A stretch of DNA of 64,000 bases from Marinicella sp. (GTDB lineage Bacteria > Pseudomonadota > Gammaproteobacteria > Xanthomonadales > Marinicellaceae), in NCBI GenBank assembly GCA_965230295.1, contig OZ246001.1:3264001-3328000 (forward strand). The letters are read 5' to 3'. Numbering within the stretch: the first letter of the stretch is position 1; the number at the start of each line of letters is the position of its first letter. Positions 11,278 to 20,578 of the stretch are shown in pieces. The notes under the pieces are model-generated. The model saw nothing but the letters and a program-made list of their open reading frames with translations, was not told the origin of the DNA and made no database searches. The position numbers were made by a program, and so were the translations under genes.

Positions 11278-11297
11278 TTTATTTTTCCTCGATTAAA

Positions 11298-12581
11298 TTA
11301 ATTGAATTTCTTGAACACAACACATGCGTTCACATCACCAAAACCAAAACTGGCTTTGGCCAAAATCTGAGCATCACTCGCTTGGGTTTTTTGTACGATA
11401 CTGTTTTCAAATGGCATCAGATCAGGGTGGATGTCTTCACAGTTTAATGAACCATGTACGAATCCTTTGTCCAGCTGCAAGACGGAAGCCACACATTCCA
11501 AGCCGCCAGCAGCGCCCAATGCATGACCCACCATGGATTTGGTGGAATTGATCAGTGGCAGATCCTGAGGTGTTATGTTAAGGCCATGTTGCCAGTTCAA
11601 AACTTCATAGGGATCAGCCATGGTGGCCGTTAAGTGCCCATTGATTAAATCGACATCAGAACCACTGATACCAGCACGACTTAAAGCTGTTTGGATACAA
11701 CGCTGAACGCCGGTGGGGTTGGGGAAAGTGGTGCTGCCACCATTTCGTTGTCCGCCACAGTTAACATCCACACCCAAAACCTCGGCATAGATGTAGGCCC
11801 CTCGTGCTTCAGCGCTGCTCAACGATTCAAGCATCATCATACCAGCGCCAGACCCAGGCACAAATCCAGCCGCAGAGGCACTCATGGGCCTTGAGGCTTG
11901 GGCCGGGTTGTCGTTGTATGATCTTGATAACACCCGCATGGCATCGAAACCAGCCCAACTGTACAGCGAAGCACCTTCGGTGCCACCCACCATGACTCGT
12001 TGACTGCGACCTTCCTGAATGGTGTGGTAGCCATTGGCAATGGCTTCTGTACCGGTTGTACAAGCACTTGAATTGGTGGTGACTTGGCCACCAATGCCCA
12101 AAATGCCACCTATATTGGCGCTGCTGGAACTGGCCATGACTTGTTCAACCATGGTTGATCCCAATCTTCTGACTCTGCCGGCATTGGTTAAAGGGACCAG
12201 TTTCTCACCAATGGTGTCTAAACCACTGATGCCGGTACCAATGATGGCGCCAGTATTCCAGTCAACTTCATCACCACGTTCTGGGTCTATTTCAGGCAAT
12301 TTGGCATCTCGCCAACAATCCATGGCAGCAACGGCACCAAATACCATCGCATCATTCATGGCCATGAGGGTTTCTTCAGGCAAGTAGTCGTGTTTAACCT
12401 CATCCATGCCTTCTGGAATGCCGCCCACTTGACAGGCAAATTTATGTGCTGCTAAGTGCTCATGGTGCTTAATGCCTGATACGCCATTCCTCAAAGCCTG
12501 TTCATAGGCAGCCAGACCATGGCCATTGGGCGCAACCACGCCCATGCCGGTGATGACCACCCGTTCTTTTTGTTGACTCAT
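11298..12581 (-). CDS. beta-ketoacyl-ACP synthase (FabF/FabB type)
   Basis: RVVITGMG, catalytic SSAC, NGH, STKSMVGHALGAAG and SFGFG; start at 12581 forms an ATGA overlap with the upstream gene. Confidence 0.95.
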   Translation of the reverse strand: MSQQKERVVITGMGVVAPNGHGLAAYEQALRNGVSGIKHHEHLAAHKFACQVGGIPEGMDEVKHDYLPEETLMAMNDAMVFGAVAAMDCWRDAKLPEIDPERGDEVDWNTGAIIGTGISGLDTIGEKLVPLTNAGRVRRLGSTMVEQVMASSSSANIGGILGIGGQVTTNSSACTTGTEAIANGYHTIQEGRSQRVMVGGTEGASLYSWAGFDAMRVLSRSYNDNPAQASRPMSASAAGFVPGSGAGMMMLESLSSAEARGAYIYAEVLGVDVNCGGQRNGGSTTFPNPTGVQRCIQTALSRAGISGSDVDLINGHLTATMADPYEVLNWQHGLNITPQDLPLINSTKSMVGHALGAAGGLECVASVLQLDKGFVHGSLNCEDIHPDLMPFENSIVQKTQASDAQILAKASFGFGDVNACVVFKKFN

Positions 12582-13042
12582 TGTTTTGCTACTCCCATGC
12601 CAGAAATCACACAACTGGACACCAGCTCTCCCTGGGCGTTGTGCATTTGGACACTGGCTTTTAATTTCATTCTCCGCCAAAAGACCTTTTTAGCGGTTAC
12701 GGTGACAGTCTCACCTGGATAAACAGGTTTGCTGAACTCAACTTCGGCGTCGCTGAATAAAGTGAGCCATTGATCTAATTCTTTGCGCTCGACCTGTAAG
12801 GACAAAAGGTACAAACCATAAGCAACCACACCGGTTTGGGCCATGGTTTCCAATAAAATCACGCCTGGTGTGACAGGTTTGCCAGGGAAGTGACCGGCAT
12901 AAAAACTTTCATCTTCTTTGAAGGTATAAGCCCCAACAATTTCATCTTCGTTCAAAGTGATGATCTCATCAATGAAACGAAAGGGGGCTTGTTGTGGCAC
13001 CAAAGCCAGTATGTCTGAATGGCTCAATGGTTCATGCATCAT
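12578..13042 (-). CDS. fabZ: 3-hydroxyacyl-ACP dehydratase, FabZ type
   Basis: PQQAPFRFIDEI and GHFPGKPVTPGVILLETMAQ (His/Glu dyad). Confidence 0.9.
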   Translation of the reverse strand: MMHEPLSHSDILALVPQQAPFRFIDEIITLNEDEIVGAYTFKEDESFYAGHFPGKPVTPGVILLETMAQTGVVAYGLYLLSLQVERKELDQWLTLFSDAEVEFSKPVYPGETVTVTAKKVFWRRMKLKASVQMHNAQGELVSSCVISGMGVAKQ

Positions 13043-13632
13043 CCTAAAGTTCCTCCCAATGAATTTTTACTTGCTTGTGGATAGTCCATGTATTGAATGT
13101 CTTTGAAAATGCCTGCTTTGGCATCATTGATGCTATATATCTCTTCATCGTCTACAAACACTTTGGCAGAACCAATGGCAAATGAGGCATCTTGTGCCGC
13201 CATGTGTGAGAAGCGTTTGATGTCCACTTCATATCGAACCACTTTGTTATGGGGTCTGATTTGGCCAAAAAATTCAATGCCTCCGGCCCCCAGAGCCCGC
13301 CCGGCGCCTTTGCCACCACGGATGATGGCGTAAAATCCGATCAATTGCCAAACGGCATCAACCCCTAAGCATCCAGGCTGTACCGGATCTTTGCGAAAGT
13401 GACACTGAAAAAACCAATCGTCCAATGAAATGTCCTGTTCAGCCACAATTCGGCCTCGTTTGCCTTGGTGGGAAATTTCTGTGATTCGGTCAAACATCAA
13501 CATCGGTGGTGACGGCAGCAGCCCGCAGCCTTCAATCGGCGGGTCTTCAACCAGATCGCCCCAAGAATAGGCCAACAGCTCCTGTTTATTGAAAGTGGTT
13601 CTGGCCAAAAAGTCGGCGTATTTAAGTTTCAT
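13039..13632 (-). CDS. fabA: 3-hydroxydecanoyl-ACP dehydratase/isomerase, FabA type
   Basis: LPSPPMLMFDRI, WFFQCHFRKDPVQPGCLGVDAVWQLIGF (His/Asp dyad) and GRALG. Confidence 0.92.
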   Translation of the reverse strand: MKLKYADFLARTTFNKQELLAYSWGDLVEDPPIEGCGLLPSPPMLMFDRITEISHQGKRGRIVAEQDISLDDWFFQCHFRKDPVQPGCLGVDAVWQLIGFYAIIRGGKGAGRALGAGGIEFFGQIRPHNKVVRYEVDIKRFSHMAAQDASFAIGSAKVFVDDEEIYSINDAKAGIFKDIQYMDYPQASKNSLGGTLG

Positions 13633-14644
13633 TGCTGGTTCCATTTGTTGATGAATTGGGACGGGTTTCATCCACCGAAATGTGCATGCCGCCCCAGGTT
13701 AATCCTGCACCAACCACGACCAAGGTGATGTGATCTCCTATTTTAAATTGATCCCAGTTTTGTGACAGCACGCTGGGTGCCCCTGCGGCACCACAATTGC
13801 CGTGTTGGTCAACATTGAAAAGGTGATTTTCATCAGGGATTCTTAATTTTTTACAAACCGATTTCAACATGGTTAAGTTGGCTTGGTGGCTGATAAAATA
13901 ATGTTGGTTTAATGACTTACCAGAAAGTTGCTCCAGTGATTTGAATGTTTCAATGGTCTTCTTGATGGCAAATTTTTGTACCGATAACCCTTCTTGGAAA
14001 AAGTGGTGTCCGGTTTTGGTTTGTACTTTTTCCCAAGCGTCGGGGTTTGATGTCATGGTGGTGTGGCCGATCTTCATGGCCGCCACGTGTTTTTTGGACA
14101 CCACCACGGCCGCCGCGCCATCACCAATCAGTACGGCTGTCCGGCGATCACTGTAATCGGTGGTTGTGGTCCAACTCTCTGGGATGACACAAACCACGTA
14201 GTCTGGCATGGCTGATTCATGCATGTTATTCAAAAAATGCATGTGGGCAGCAAAGCTAGAACAAGCCGAGGAGATGTCTACCGAGAAAGCATCTATCCCG
14301 CAAGCTTTGGCAACCACACAGGCATTGGCAGGTAATGAATAGGTTGGGGAACAAGAGGCTGCAATGACCATGCCCACTTCTTCTTTATTTATGCCAGCAC
14401 GAGACAGCGCCATTTCAATGGCTCGGGCGCCCATTTGGGCACTGTCAATTTGAAATTTAATGTCACCCACTTGTTTATTTTGGGTTGTTTTGATGTCGTT
14501 CAGGTCAAGCACCGTGTGGCGTTTTTTGATGCCAACACGCTCCATGATCCATTGATCGGTGGTGTCAATGTTCAAGCTTTCAAGGAAAGCATTGTCAATG
14601 ACATTGGGTGGGTGATAATGGCCTGCGCCATGAATATATAACAT
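13622..14644 (-). CDS. fabH: 3-oxoacyl-ACP synthase III
   Basis: Cys-His-Asn triad: SSACSSF, HQAN, GNCGAA; GDGAAA; GAGLTWG. Confidence 0.93.
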   Translation of the reverse strand: MLYIHGAGHYHPPNVIDNAFLESLNIDTTDQWIMERVGIKKRHTVLDLNDIKTTQNKQVGDIKFQIDSAQMGARAIEMALSRAGINKEEVGMVIAASCSPTYSLPANACVVAKACGIDAFSVDISSACSSFAAHMHFLNNMHESAMPDYVVCVIPESWTTTTDYSDRRTAVLIGDGAAAVVVSKKHVAAMKIGHTTMTSNPDAWEKVQTKTGHHFFQEGLSVQKFAIKKTIETFKSLEQLSGKSLNQHYFISHQANLTMLKSVCKKLRIPDENHLFNVDQHGNCGAAGAPSVLSQNWDQFKIGDHITLVVVGAGLTWGGMHISVDETRPNSSTNGTSNET

Positions 14645-14657
14645 CTATTTCTCTGGC

Positions 14658-15590
14658 TTAAAATGAGGCAATTTGTTCGCCACCATCGGCACGAATCAAA
14701 GCACCATTGATCCACTGAGCCTCATCCCTACACAACAGTGAAACCACATCTGCCACATCTTCAGGCGTGGTTAAGCGTTTGAATGGGTTTTTGAGTTTGG
14801 CCACTGATTTCATCCGACCGCTGCCTGGAATGGCTTGCAAGGCTTTGGTGTCGGTGACGCCAGCTTGAATGATGTTTGAACGAATGCCTTGTGGCGCAAA
14901 TTCGACCGCAATTGAGCGTGACACAGACTCCAAAGCCACTTTGGCTGCCGATACCGCCGCATAACCACGCCAGGCCACTGTGTTGCCTTCGCTTGTTAAG
15001 CCCAAGACACGTGCATCATCAGCAAACATATGCGCTGTTGAAAGTTTTTGTGTCCAAGTCAGCAAACTGGTACCCATGCTGTAAATGGTGCGAGACATGT
15101 CTTCGTCTTCAATGAGGTTGTCGCTATACTGAGGTGATTCCAAAGGAAACACTTCGTCTGCATTTTCAGTCAATAATTCTGCTACAGCCGCATTGAGTTT
15201 ACTTTCATCAATGCCTAACTTTTTAGCCAATTCGATCACGCCCTTGTTGTTTTCCTTGTGAACCGGTGCAATGGGCTTGAGGTTGCCAAATGCAATGGAG
15301 TGGAGTAGAACGCGAACCTGTCCGGTTTCACCCATTACACTTCTTAAGCCATCAAAAACTTTGTCCATGCCTTTTTCACTCAAAGCATCCACATTGAAAC
15401 TGAGGAATTGGGTGCCGTATGACTTAACAATTTCGAATTCTTGATTGATTGCTTCCATAGCACCACGGCGGTCTCGATGAACGATGCAAACATTCATGCC
15501 TTGTTCACTGAGTTTCTTCGCGCTGGCCAGACCAAAACCGCTGGAGCCGCCAAGTATCAAAGCCCAATGTTTGTTGTTAAATATATTCAC
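14658..15590 (-). CDS. SDR-family enoyl-ACP reductase (FabL/FabI-like)
   Basis: LILGGSSGFG Rossmann motif; YX6K catalytic spacing (YAAVSAAK); GTG start at 15590 with GAGGA RBS. Confidence 0.85.
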   Translation of the reverse strand: MNIFNNKHWALILGGSSGFGLASAKKLSEQGMNVCIVHRDRRGAMEAINQEFEIVKSYGTQFLSFNVDALSEKGMDKVFDGLRSVMGETGQVRVLLHSIAFGNLKPIAPVHKENNKGVIELAKKLGIDESKLNAAVAELLTENADEVFPLESPQYSDNLIEDEDMSRTIYSMGTSLLTWTQKLSTAHMFADDARVLGLTSEGNTVAWRGYAAVSAAKVALESVSRSIAVEFAPQGIRSNIIQAGVTDTKALQAIPGSGRMKSVAKLKNPFKRLTTPEDVADVVSLLCRDEAQWINGALIRADGGEQIASF

Positions 15591-15624
15591 TCGAAATTCC
15601 TCGGTATCGTTCAATAAGAAAGAA

Positions 15625-16557
15625 TCATGCAAAGGCCTTAAGGGCACTTTTAACATTGATGACTGATGTGATGTTCACTCCAATGGATTTAAAAAATCCT
15701 CGCAGCGGTCGATTTGGGCCCAGTTCTAAAATGCGTAAAGACTTGAATAGATCCATGTTGTTGCGCCACTTAACACTGCCACTGATTTGTTTGGCCAGAC
15801 CGTTGACCAACTGATCTTTATCTGCGGCATAAAAGTCACCCAGATAATTCGAAGCAACCTGCGGTAATCGGTCAACATTCATGTCAGCTTTGAAATCTTG
15901 CAAGAAGTCAAAATAAGTATTCTCAACGGAATCCATCCACCTGGAATGAAATGCTGAACTGACGGTCAGTGGCACGGCTCTGAATACCGTGTTATTGAAA
16001 TGTTGGGTTAATGCTTCAATGGCATTTTCCATGTCATTTTTTAAACCGCTGATCACCACTTGTTGTTGAGAATTGTCATTGGCCACATCGACTTGATGTT
16101 GATTGACAATGTCTGTAACCTCGTCAAAAGGAATCTTTTCCATGATGATCGCTGTCATGGTGCCCTCGGCAGTAGCTTGATTCATCAGTTCACCGCGTTT
16201 GGTTACCATTTTTAAGGCACTTTCAAAACTGAGTACGCCTGCAGCAGTTAAAGCCGAGTACTCTCCCAATGAATGGCCGGCAAAATACTCAGGGCATAAA
16301 TCAAACTCACTTTTTAGGGCTTCAAACATGGCCACTTCTGCCACCAAAATGGCAGGTTGGGTGTAATTGGTTTGATTCAACAGGTCTGTATTTTCATGAC
16401 AAACATGATAAATATCGAATGGTAGCCATTCATTTGCTCTGGAAAAGACATCAGCAGCGGCTGAGTACGTTTCAATGAAATCCTTAGCCATTCCCAGTTT
16501 TTGAGCACCTTGACCTGGAAATACCAAGCCATCGAATTTAGTTTTGGGTGTGTTCAT
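15625..16557 (-). CDS. fabD: Malonyl-CoA:ACP transacylase
   Basis: FPGQGAQ, TQPAI, GHSLGEY and SAFHS motifs. Confidence 0.95.
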   Translation of the reverse strand: MNTPKTKFDGLVFPGQGAQKLGMAKDFIETYSAAADVFSRANEWLPFDIYHVCHENTDLLNQTNYTQPAILVAEVAMFEALKSEFDLCPEYFAGHSLGEYSALTAAGVLSFESALKMVTKRGELMNQATAEGTMTAIIMEKIPFDEVTDIVNQHQVDVANDNSQQQVVISGLKNDMENAIEALTQHFNNTVFRAVPLTVSSAFHSRWMDSVENTYFDFLQDFKADMNVDRLPQVASNYLGDFYAADKDQLVNGLAKQISGSVKWRNNMDLFKSLRILELGPNRPLRGFFKSIGVNITSVINVKSALKAFA

Positions 16558-17048
16558 GAAAATTATGGTACTTGTTCATCTGTTGTTCTGAGTGAGCCTC
16601 ATGTGCAGTTGACACTTGGTCTCTCGATTTCGCACATTGTTGATGTTCATAAATACCCGTGTCATCAAAGTTTCTGGTCATGAATGGGTTTTTCTATACA
16701 TAACTGAAATTAGTGATTCAGTTACAGCAAACAAGTGTACGCCGAAAACTCATTGTATGTATGATGAAGTTCTTTTCAAGTGCTTGACTGAAATAATGGA
16801 AACTTTGAAACAAACGTTTGAAAATAACGGCTGCTATGGGTGTGTAACCGTTTTTTGATATTCCGATTAAAACCTGTACATAAAAGCCTTAAACATTGAA
16901 AAAGCTGTTCTCTTTTTTAAGTGAACAAATGTAAGCTTTTATCGAGCGACTTTGACTACGACTTGGTTTGCGTGTTATTCAAGAAAACAAGTCAACATTG
17001 AGTTGGCCTGGGAAGCGGGGCAGCCAGGTACTTTTACAGCTGAATATG

Positions 17049-17494
17049 GGAAAGCTGCTGAGCAGCCTGATCCGCCGAGCCGGTTAGGCAGCGCAGGTGA
17101 TGAAAGGTTGGCGGTTTCATCGAAGATGAAGAAGCCTGCCTAGAATGCCGTAGCGCGTGAATGAAATCATGGTGGTTTGACGAAGTCAAGAAACCTTATG
17201 TGAATGGCGTTATAGCACAGGTAATGAAAGTTGGGCGGTTTTATCGAAGATAAAGAAGCCCGATTTGAATACCGCAGTGCGTGCGAGGTAGCATGTCATG
17301 TTCGTCTCGGCAGCTACCGCATCGATCCCCAGGACGGGGTGAATGCAGAAAATTGTTGGGAACAATTCCTGCCTGCTATCGCTGCATATTTACATCCATG
17401 TAAGCAGTCGCTTTCACTTTTGTCTGGAACAGACATGCAGTGCGAAGCAACTGCTCAGACCATGAACCAGAATGAAGCCCCAAGAACATTCCTT
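17049..17494 (+). repeat. Structured intergenic repeat element, copy A (446 bp; three hairpin cassettes plus a nested GGA-hairpin insert)
   Basis: Begins GGAAAGCTGCTGAGCAGC and ends CCAAGAACATTCCTT; long near-identical blocks shared with 42605-43140 and (inverted) 20824-21036. Confidence 0.9.
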
Positions 17495-17544
17495 CATAGC
17501 TATTGGCATGTCCTATACCATCAACACAGGCATTCAAGCCATGT

Positions 17545-18357
17545 TCACCATTTTTTTCGAGGCAAAAAATGTTTGTGCTTTTCAGCTTCGTGGGTTTGGT
17601 TGTAGGCTTTGATTTTGCTGTTTTTACCCAACAGGATTTTCATTTGATAAAAAGTCTCTCTCATCAGTACTGCACCACGCGAACTGAACCAGCCTTTGTT
17701 GTAGAGTTTTTTCACGGCTGCCACTGAATCTGGTGATTGTTGACTCATCTCTTCAGCCATAGACTCAGCCATGGCCATCGGGTCGTCGGTTAAATGGGTG
17801 ATGAGTCCGGCGGCTTGTGCCTCTTTGCCATCGATGATTTTTGCCGTCATGGTCAACTCTTTGGCCACATCCATGCGACAATGCTGCCTCAAAGCCAATA
17901 AACCACCCATATCAGGAATCATGCCCCAGCGACCTTCCATGATGGAAAGTGATGCATCAGGCGTGGCAATGCGAACATCTGCACCCAGGGCGATGTGTAA
18001 TCCGCCACCCCAACAACGCCCATGAATCACAGCAATCACCGGTGCGCCTACCTTCTGCCACTGGGTCGAAACTTTCTGAGCTGTGTTGGCCCGCCAAGGG
18101 TTCAGTTTAAACAGCAGCTTCATAGGACTTTTGATTGATTGCATCATTGACTTAACATCCAAACCCGTACAAAAATCTGGACCTTGGCCAGAAATGATCA
18201 CAGCACGGATGCCTCGGTTCTTACTCAAAGCTTTGGCTGTATCAACAATGGCCTCAAACATGGGCATGTCTAAGGCATTGTGTTTATCAGGACGGGCTAA
18301 GCTCACGTAAGCAATGCTGTGTTTGATTTCTACTTCAACTCTCTTGGGTTTGCTCAT
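17545..18357 (-). CDS. Crotonase/enoyl-CoA hydratase family protein
   Basis: RPDKHNAL, FCTGLD, PVIAVIHGRCWGGG and ME.RWG.IPD.GG motifs. Confidence 0.93.
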   Translation of the reverse strand: MSKPKRVEVEIKHSIAYVSLARPDKHNALDMPMFEAIVDTAKALSKNRGIRAVIISGQGPDFCTGLDVKSMMQSIKSPMKLLFKLNPWRANTAQKVSTQWQKVGAPVIAVIHGRCWGGGLHIALGADVRIATPDASLSIMEGRWGMIPDMGGLLALRQHCRMDVAKELTMTAKIIDGKEAQAAGLITHLTDDPMAMAESMAEEMSQQSPDSVAAVKKLYNKGWFSSRGAVLMRETFYQMKILLGKNSKIKAYNQTHEAEKHKHFLPRKKW

Positions 18358-18672
18358 TGATGTGATTTAATGATTCTCAATTAAATCATTACTTTAACCA
18401 AAGTTGGCTTGGGTGTCTAGACAGCAATTTACGACAATCCTGAGTTCTTGATTTCAAATTACATTCACCCTGCCAGTAGCCCATGGAATAATTTTAGTCA
18501 TTCCTCTTAAGTAAATGACAATACTAGTCTGATTTCTATGATGGTATTTGTTAAATGCTTGTGTTAATGATTTCATATTAAATTCTTTAAGTTGATGAAT
18601 ATATTTTCCATTCATTCTCAAGAAATGAGAAACCGTGCGGCCAAGATGTGGTTTTCACAACAGGAATACAGC

Positions 18673-18924
18673 ATGCAACAACTCGTTATTAAACTCAGTC
18701 CGGAAGTGACGCAGGGTTATTTAAGAATGGCTCAAGATCATAAAGACTCTGCCGAAAAACATGAAAAGGGAGTTTCAAACTTTCAACTGGACATCAATAT
18801 GGCCATGGTTGCTGGCTTATGCTTTGCCGACATAGATGTTAATGGGAAAAACATCAATTCGGACTCAGACACTGAGGACCTAGAGGTTCAGTTGATCGAT
18901 TTCAGTCAGGCGACAACCAGATAA
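18673..18924 (+). CDS. hypothetical protein (~83 aa)
   Basis: AGGA RBS before the ATG at 18673; no known motif. Confidence 0.55.
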   Translation: MQQLVIKLSPEVTQGYLRMAQDHKDSAEKHEKGVSNFQLDINMAMVAGLCFADIDVNGKNINSDSDTEDLEVQLIDFSQATTR

Positions 18925-18955
18925 ACCATGATTACAATGACTACAGGAACTCACC

Positions 18956-19246
18956 ATGAAACCAGATTTAAACACCATTCCCAATGACCCAAAGACCACT
19001 GTGCTTTTTGAACAGCAGGGTGTGTTTGATGACATACCTGCTTGTTACCAGGCTTGGCAACACGATGGCATCCGCGGAGAAAGCATTGTTTTTTTGAAAA
19101 AAGATTTGAAAAACCGCAAAGACACCGATTTGATTCACAAAGTCAAAGCATCTAAGTTGGTCAGGTCCAACAGTCAGATCACATTCAGCAGGAACCCACC
19201 TGATTATTTATTCATTAACTTCAACATTCAACTTGACAGTTTATGA
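18956..19246 (+). CDS. hypothetical protein (96 aa)
   Basis: AGGA RBS; protein-like composition; no family recognised. Confidence 0.7.
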   Translation: MKPDLNTIPNDPKTTVLFEQQGVFDDIPACYQAWQHDGIRGESIVFLKKDLKNRKDTDLIHKVKASKLVRSNSQITFSRNPPDYLFINFNIQLDSL

Positions 19247-19317
19247 CCCACATGGAAGTGGGAAATGCTGACAATTGTCAGGAACAATTACAGTGGACCC
19301 GCATGGAGGTGGGAAAT
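19245..19317 (+). repeat. GGA-loop hairpin mini-repeat (about 1.5 copies of a 51-bp unit)
   Basis: CCCAC-ATGGAA-GTGGG, AATTGT-CAGGA-ACAATT and CCCGC-ATGGAG-GTGGG; same architecture as 17324-17372. Confidence 0.75.
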
Positions 19318-19329
19318 ATTGAAGTGCAT

Positions 19330-20484
19330 CTACCGTTCAATCGCTTCAATCACCTTTTTAATCAAGGGGTCCATGGCGTCTCTTTTGATCCATCGAGCCA
19401 CCACCACCAGGTCATGTTCCGGATCAACATGAACCATGTTGGTGCCAGCACCCAGATGGGTGATGCTGCTTGTGGAGGCACTGGGAAGGAATTTTTTGTC
19501 ATCGTTTAGAAACCAGTTCATATACCCATAGGATGTGTTTTGTTCAGTGGGTGTTGTTGCCAGTTCATACCACTCTTTTGAGAAAATCTGCTGGTCTTGC
19601 CATTGGCCTTTTCGTAAAGTCAAATAGCCAAACCTGGCCTGATCATAGGCATTGATAAACATGCCGCCACCCCAATGTCCACCTCCACTGACTGATTGCA
19701 CCTTCAATCCATCAATCATGACCCATGAGTTTTCATAACCATGCCAGCGCCAGGTGTCAGATGCCCCTATGGGATCCATCAAATGTTGTTTCAGCACTTG
19801 TGGTAAAGGGCGACGCCACAATTCCAGTAAGGCCAGAGCAAAGGCATTTACCCTGACATCGTTGTATTTCCATTGGGTACCTGCTTTCGGAACTTCACGA
19901 TCAGGCCATGCAAAAGCATCGTCGCCAACTGGACGGTCACCCCAATCGGGTTTGTCCCATAAACTGCCTTCCCAGGCACTGGTCTGACGCAGCATGTGAT
20001 CCCAGGTGATGGTCTTGTTGTGTTCGGATTTAAAATATTTGCTGTCGATGTAGGTCGAAATCGGTTCATTCAAATCCCTGATTAACTGCTGATCATAGGC
20101 CAACGCGGCAACCGAAGACAGGAAGCTCTTTGAAACACTGTGGGTCATGTCTACTTTGTTTGGTAACCCCCAGACAGCAACAATGTAACCATGACGGAGT
20201 ATGATGCCAGTTTGTTCACCACGAATGGTCGTGGGGCCGATGATTTGATTGTAAGGTTCTCGGGCAAACCCAAGCGCGCTGGCCAAGGCCTGATCACGCG
20301 GTCGATCTGATTCCTGGGCTTGTGCATATCTGACAGCTTGTGCGAGTTTGGCTGCTGAGAACCCCACTTGCTCAGGTGCTTTATGTTGCCATTCTGCGTT
20401 GTTTTTGACTGGGTAATAAGGTTCTTCAGCTTGGCTGATCAGGCTGCCAAATAACATGGTGGCCATTAAAAAGTACTTAAACAT
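19330..20484 (-). CDS. Secreted serine hydrolase (beta-lactamase-like family)
   Basis: Signal peptide; SXXK (HSVSKS); YND; GGAG RBS before the ATG at 20484. Confidence 0.9.
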   Translation of the reverse strand: MFKYFLMATMLFGSLISQAEEPYYPVKNNAEWQHKAPEQVGFSAAKLAQAVRYAQAQESDRPRDQALASALGFAREPYNQIIGPTTIRGEQTGIILRHGYIVAVWGLPNKVDMTHSVSKSFLSSVAALAYDQQLIRDLNEPISTYIDSKYFKSEHNKTITWDHMLRQTSAWEGSLWDKPDWGDRPVGDDAFAWPDREVPKAGTQWKYNDVRVNAFALALLELWRRPLPQVLKQHLMDPIGASDTWRWHGYENSWVMIDGLKVQSVSGGGHWGGGMFINAYDQARFGYLTLRKGQWQDQQIFSKEWYELATTPTEQNTSYGYMNWFLNDDKKFLPSASTSSITHLGAGTNMVHVDPEHDLVVVARWIKRDAMDPLIKKVIEAIER

Positions 20485-20578
20485 CAGTGTGCTCCACATG
20501 AATCAATTGAGTCTTTAAGGAATACTCTAGGGTCTTATGCTTACTGTTCCAGCTCACCCTGTACACTTACATTCATAT

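Noticed and set aside
12582-12680. N-terminal extensions in the ORF track for the ketosynthase (likewise fabA, the enoyl reductase, oadA and yghU)
   Set aside because: They overlap upstream genes or precede the family N-terminus; downstream starts fit RBS or ATGA coupling better.
9516-16557. Aryl polyene or dialkylresorcinol cluster
   Set aside because: No chain-length factor, FabG, acyl-CoA ligase, glycosyltransferase or DarA-like gene.
16616-16858. 80-aa ORF upstream of fabD
   Set aside because: TTG start, no RBS or motif; more likely the promoter region of the FAS operon.
17100-17280. Roughly 61-bp periodicity suggesting a CRISPR array
   Set aside because: Units are degenerate rather than identical, the same inter-unit sequences recur in other copies, and no cas genes are present.
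17231-17605. 124-aa ORF, plus the ORFs at 16952-17143, 20795-21049 and 42958-43164
   Set aside because: They lie in or across the repeat element; frames are not preserved between copies, so the peptide similarity only reflects the DNA repeat.
19243-19509. 88-aa ORF with a repeated MEVGN
   Set aside because: Translation of the GGA hairpin repeat running antisense into the serine hydrolase gene.
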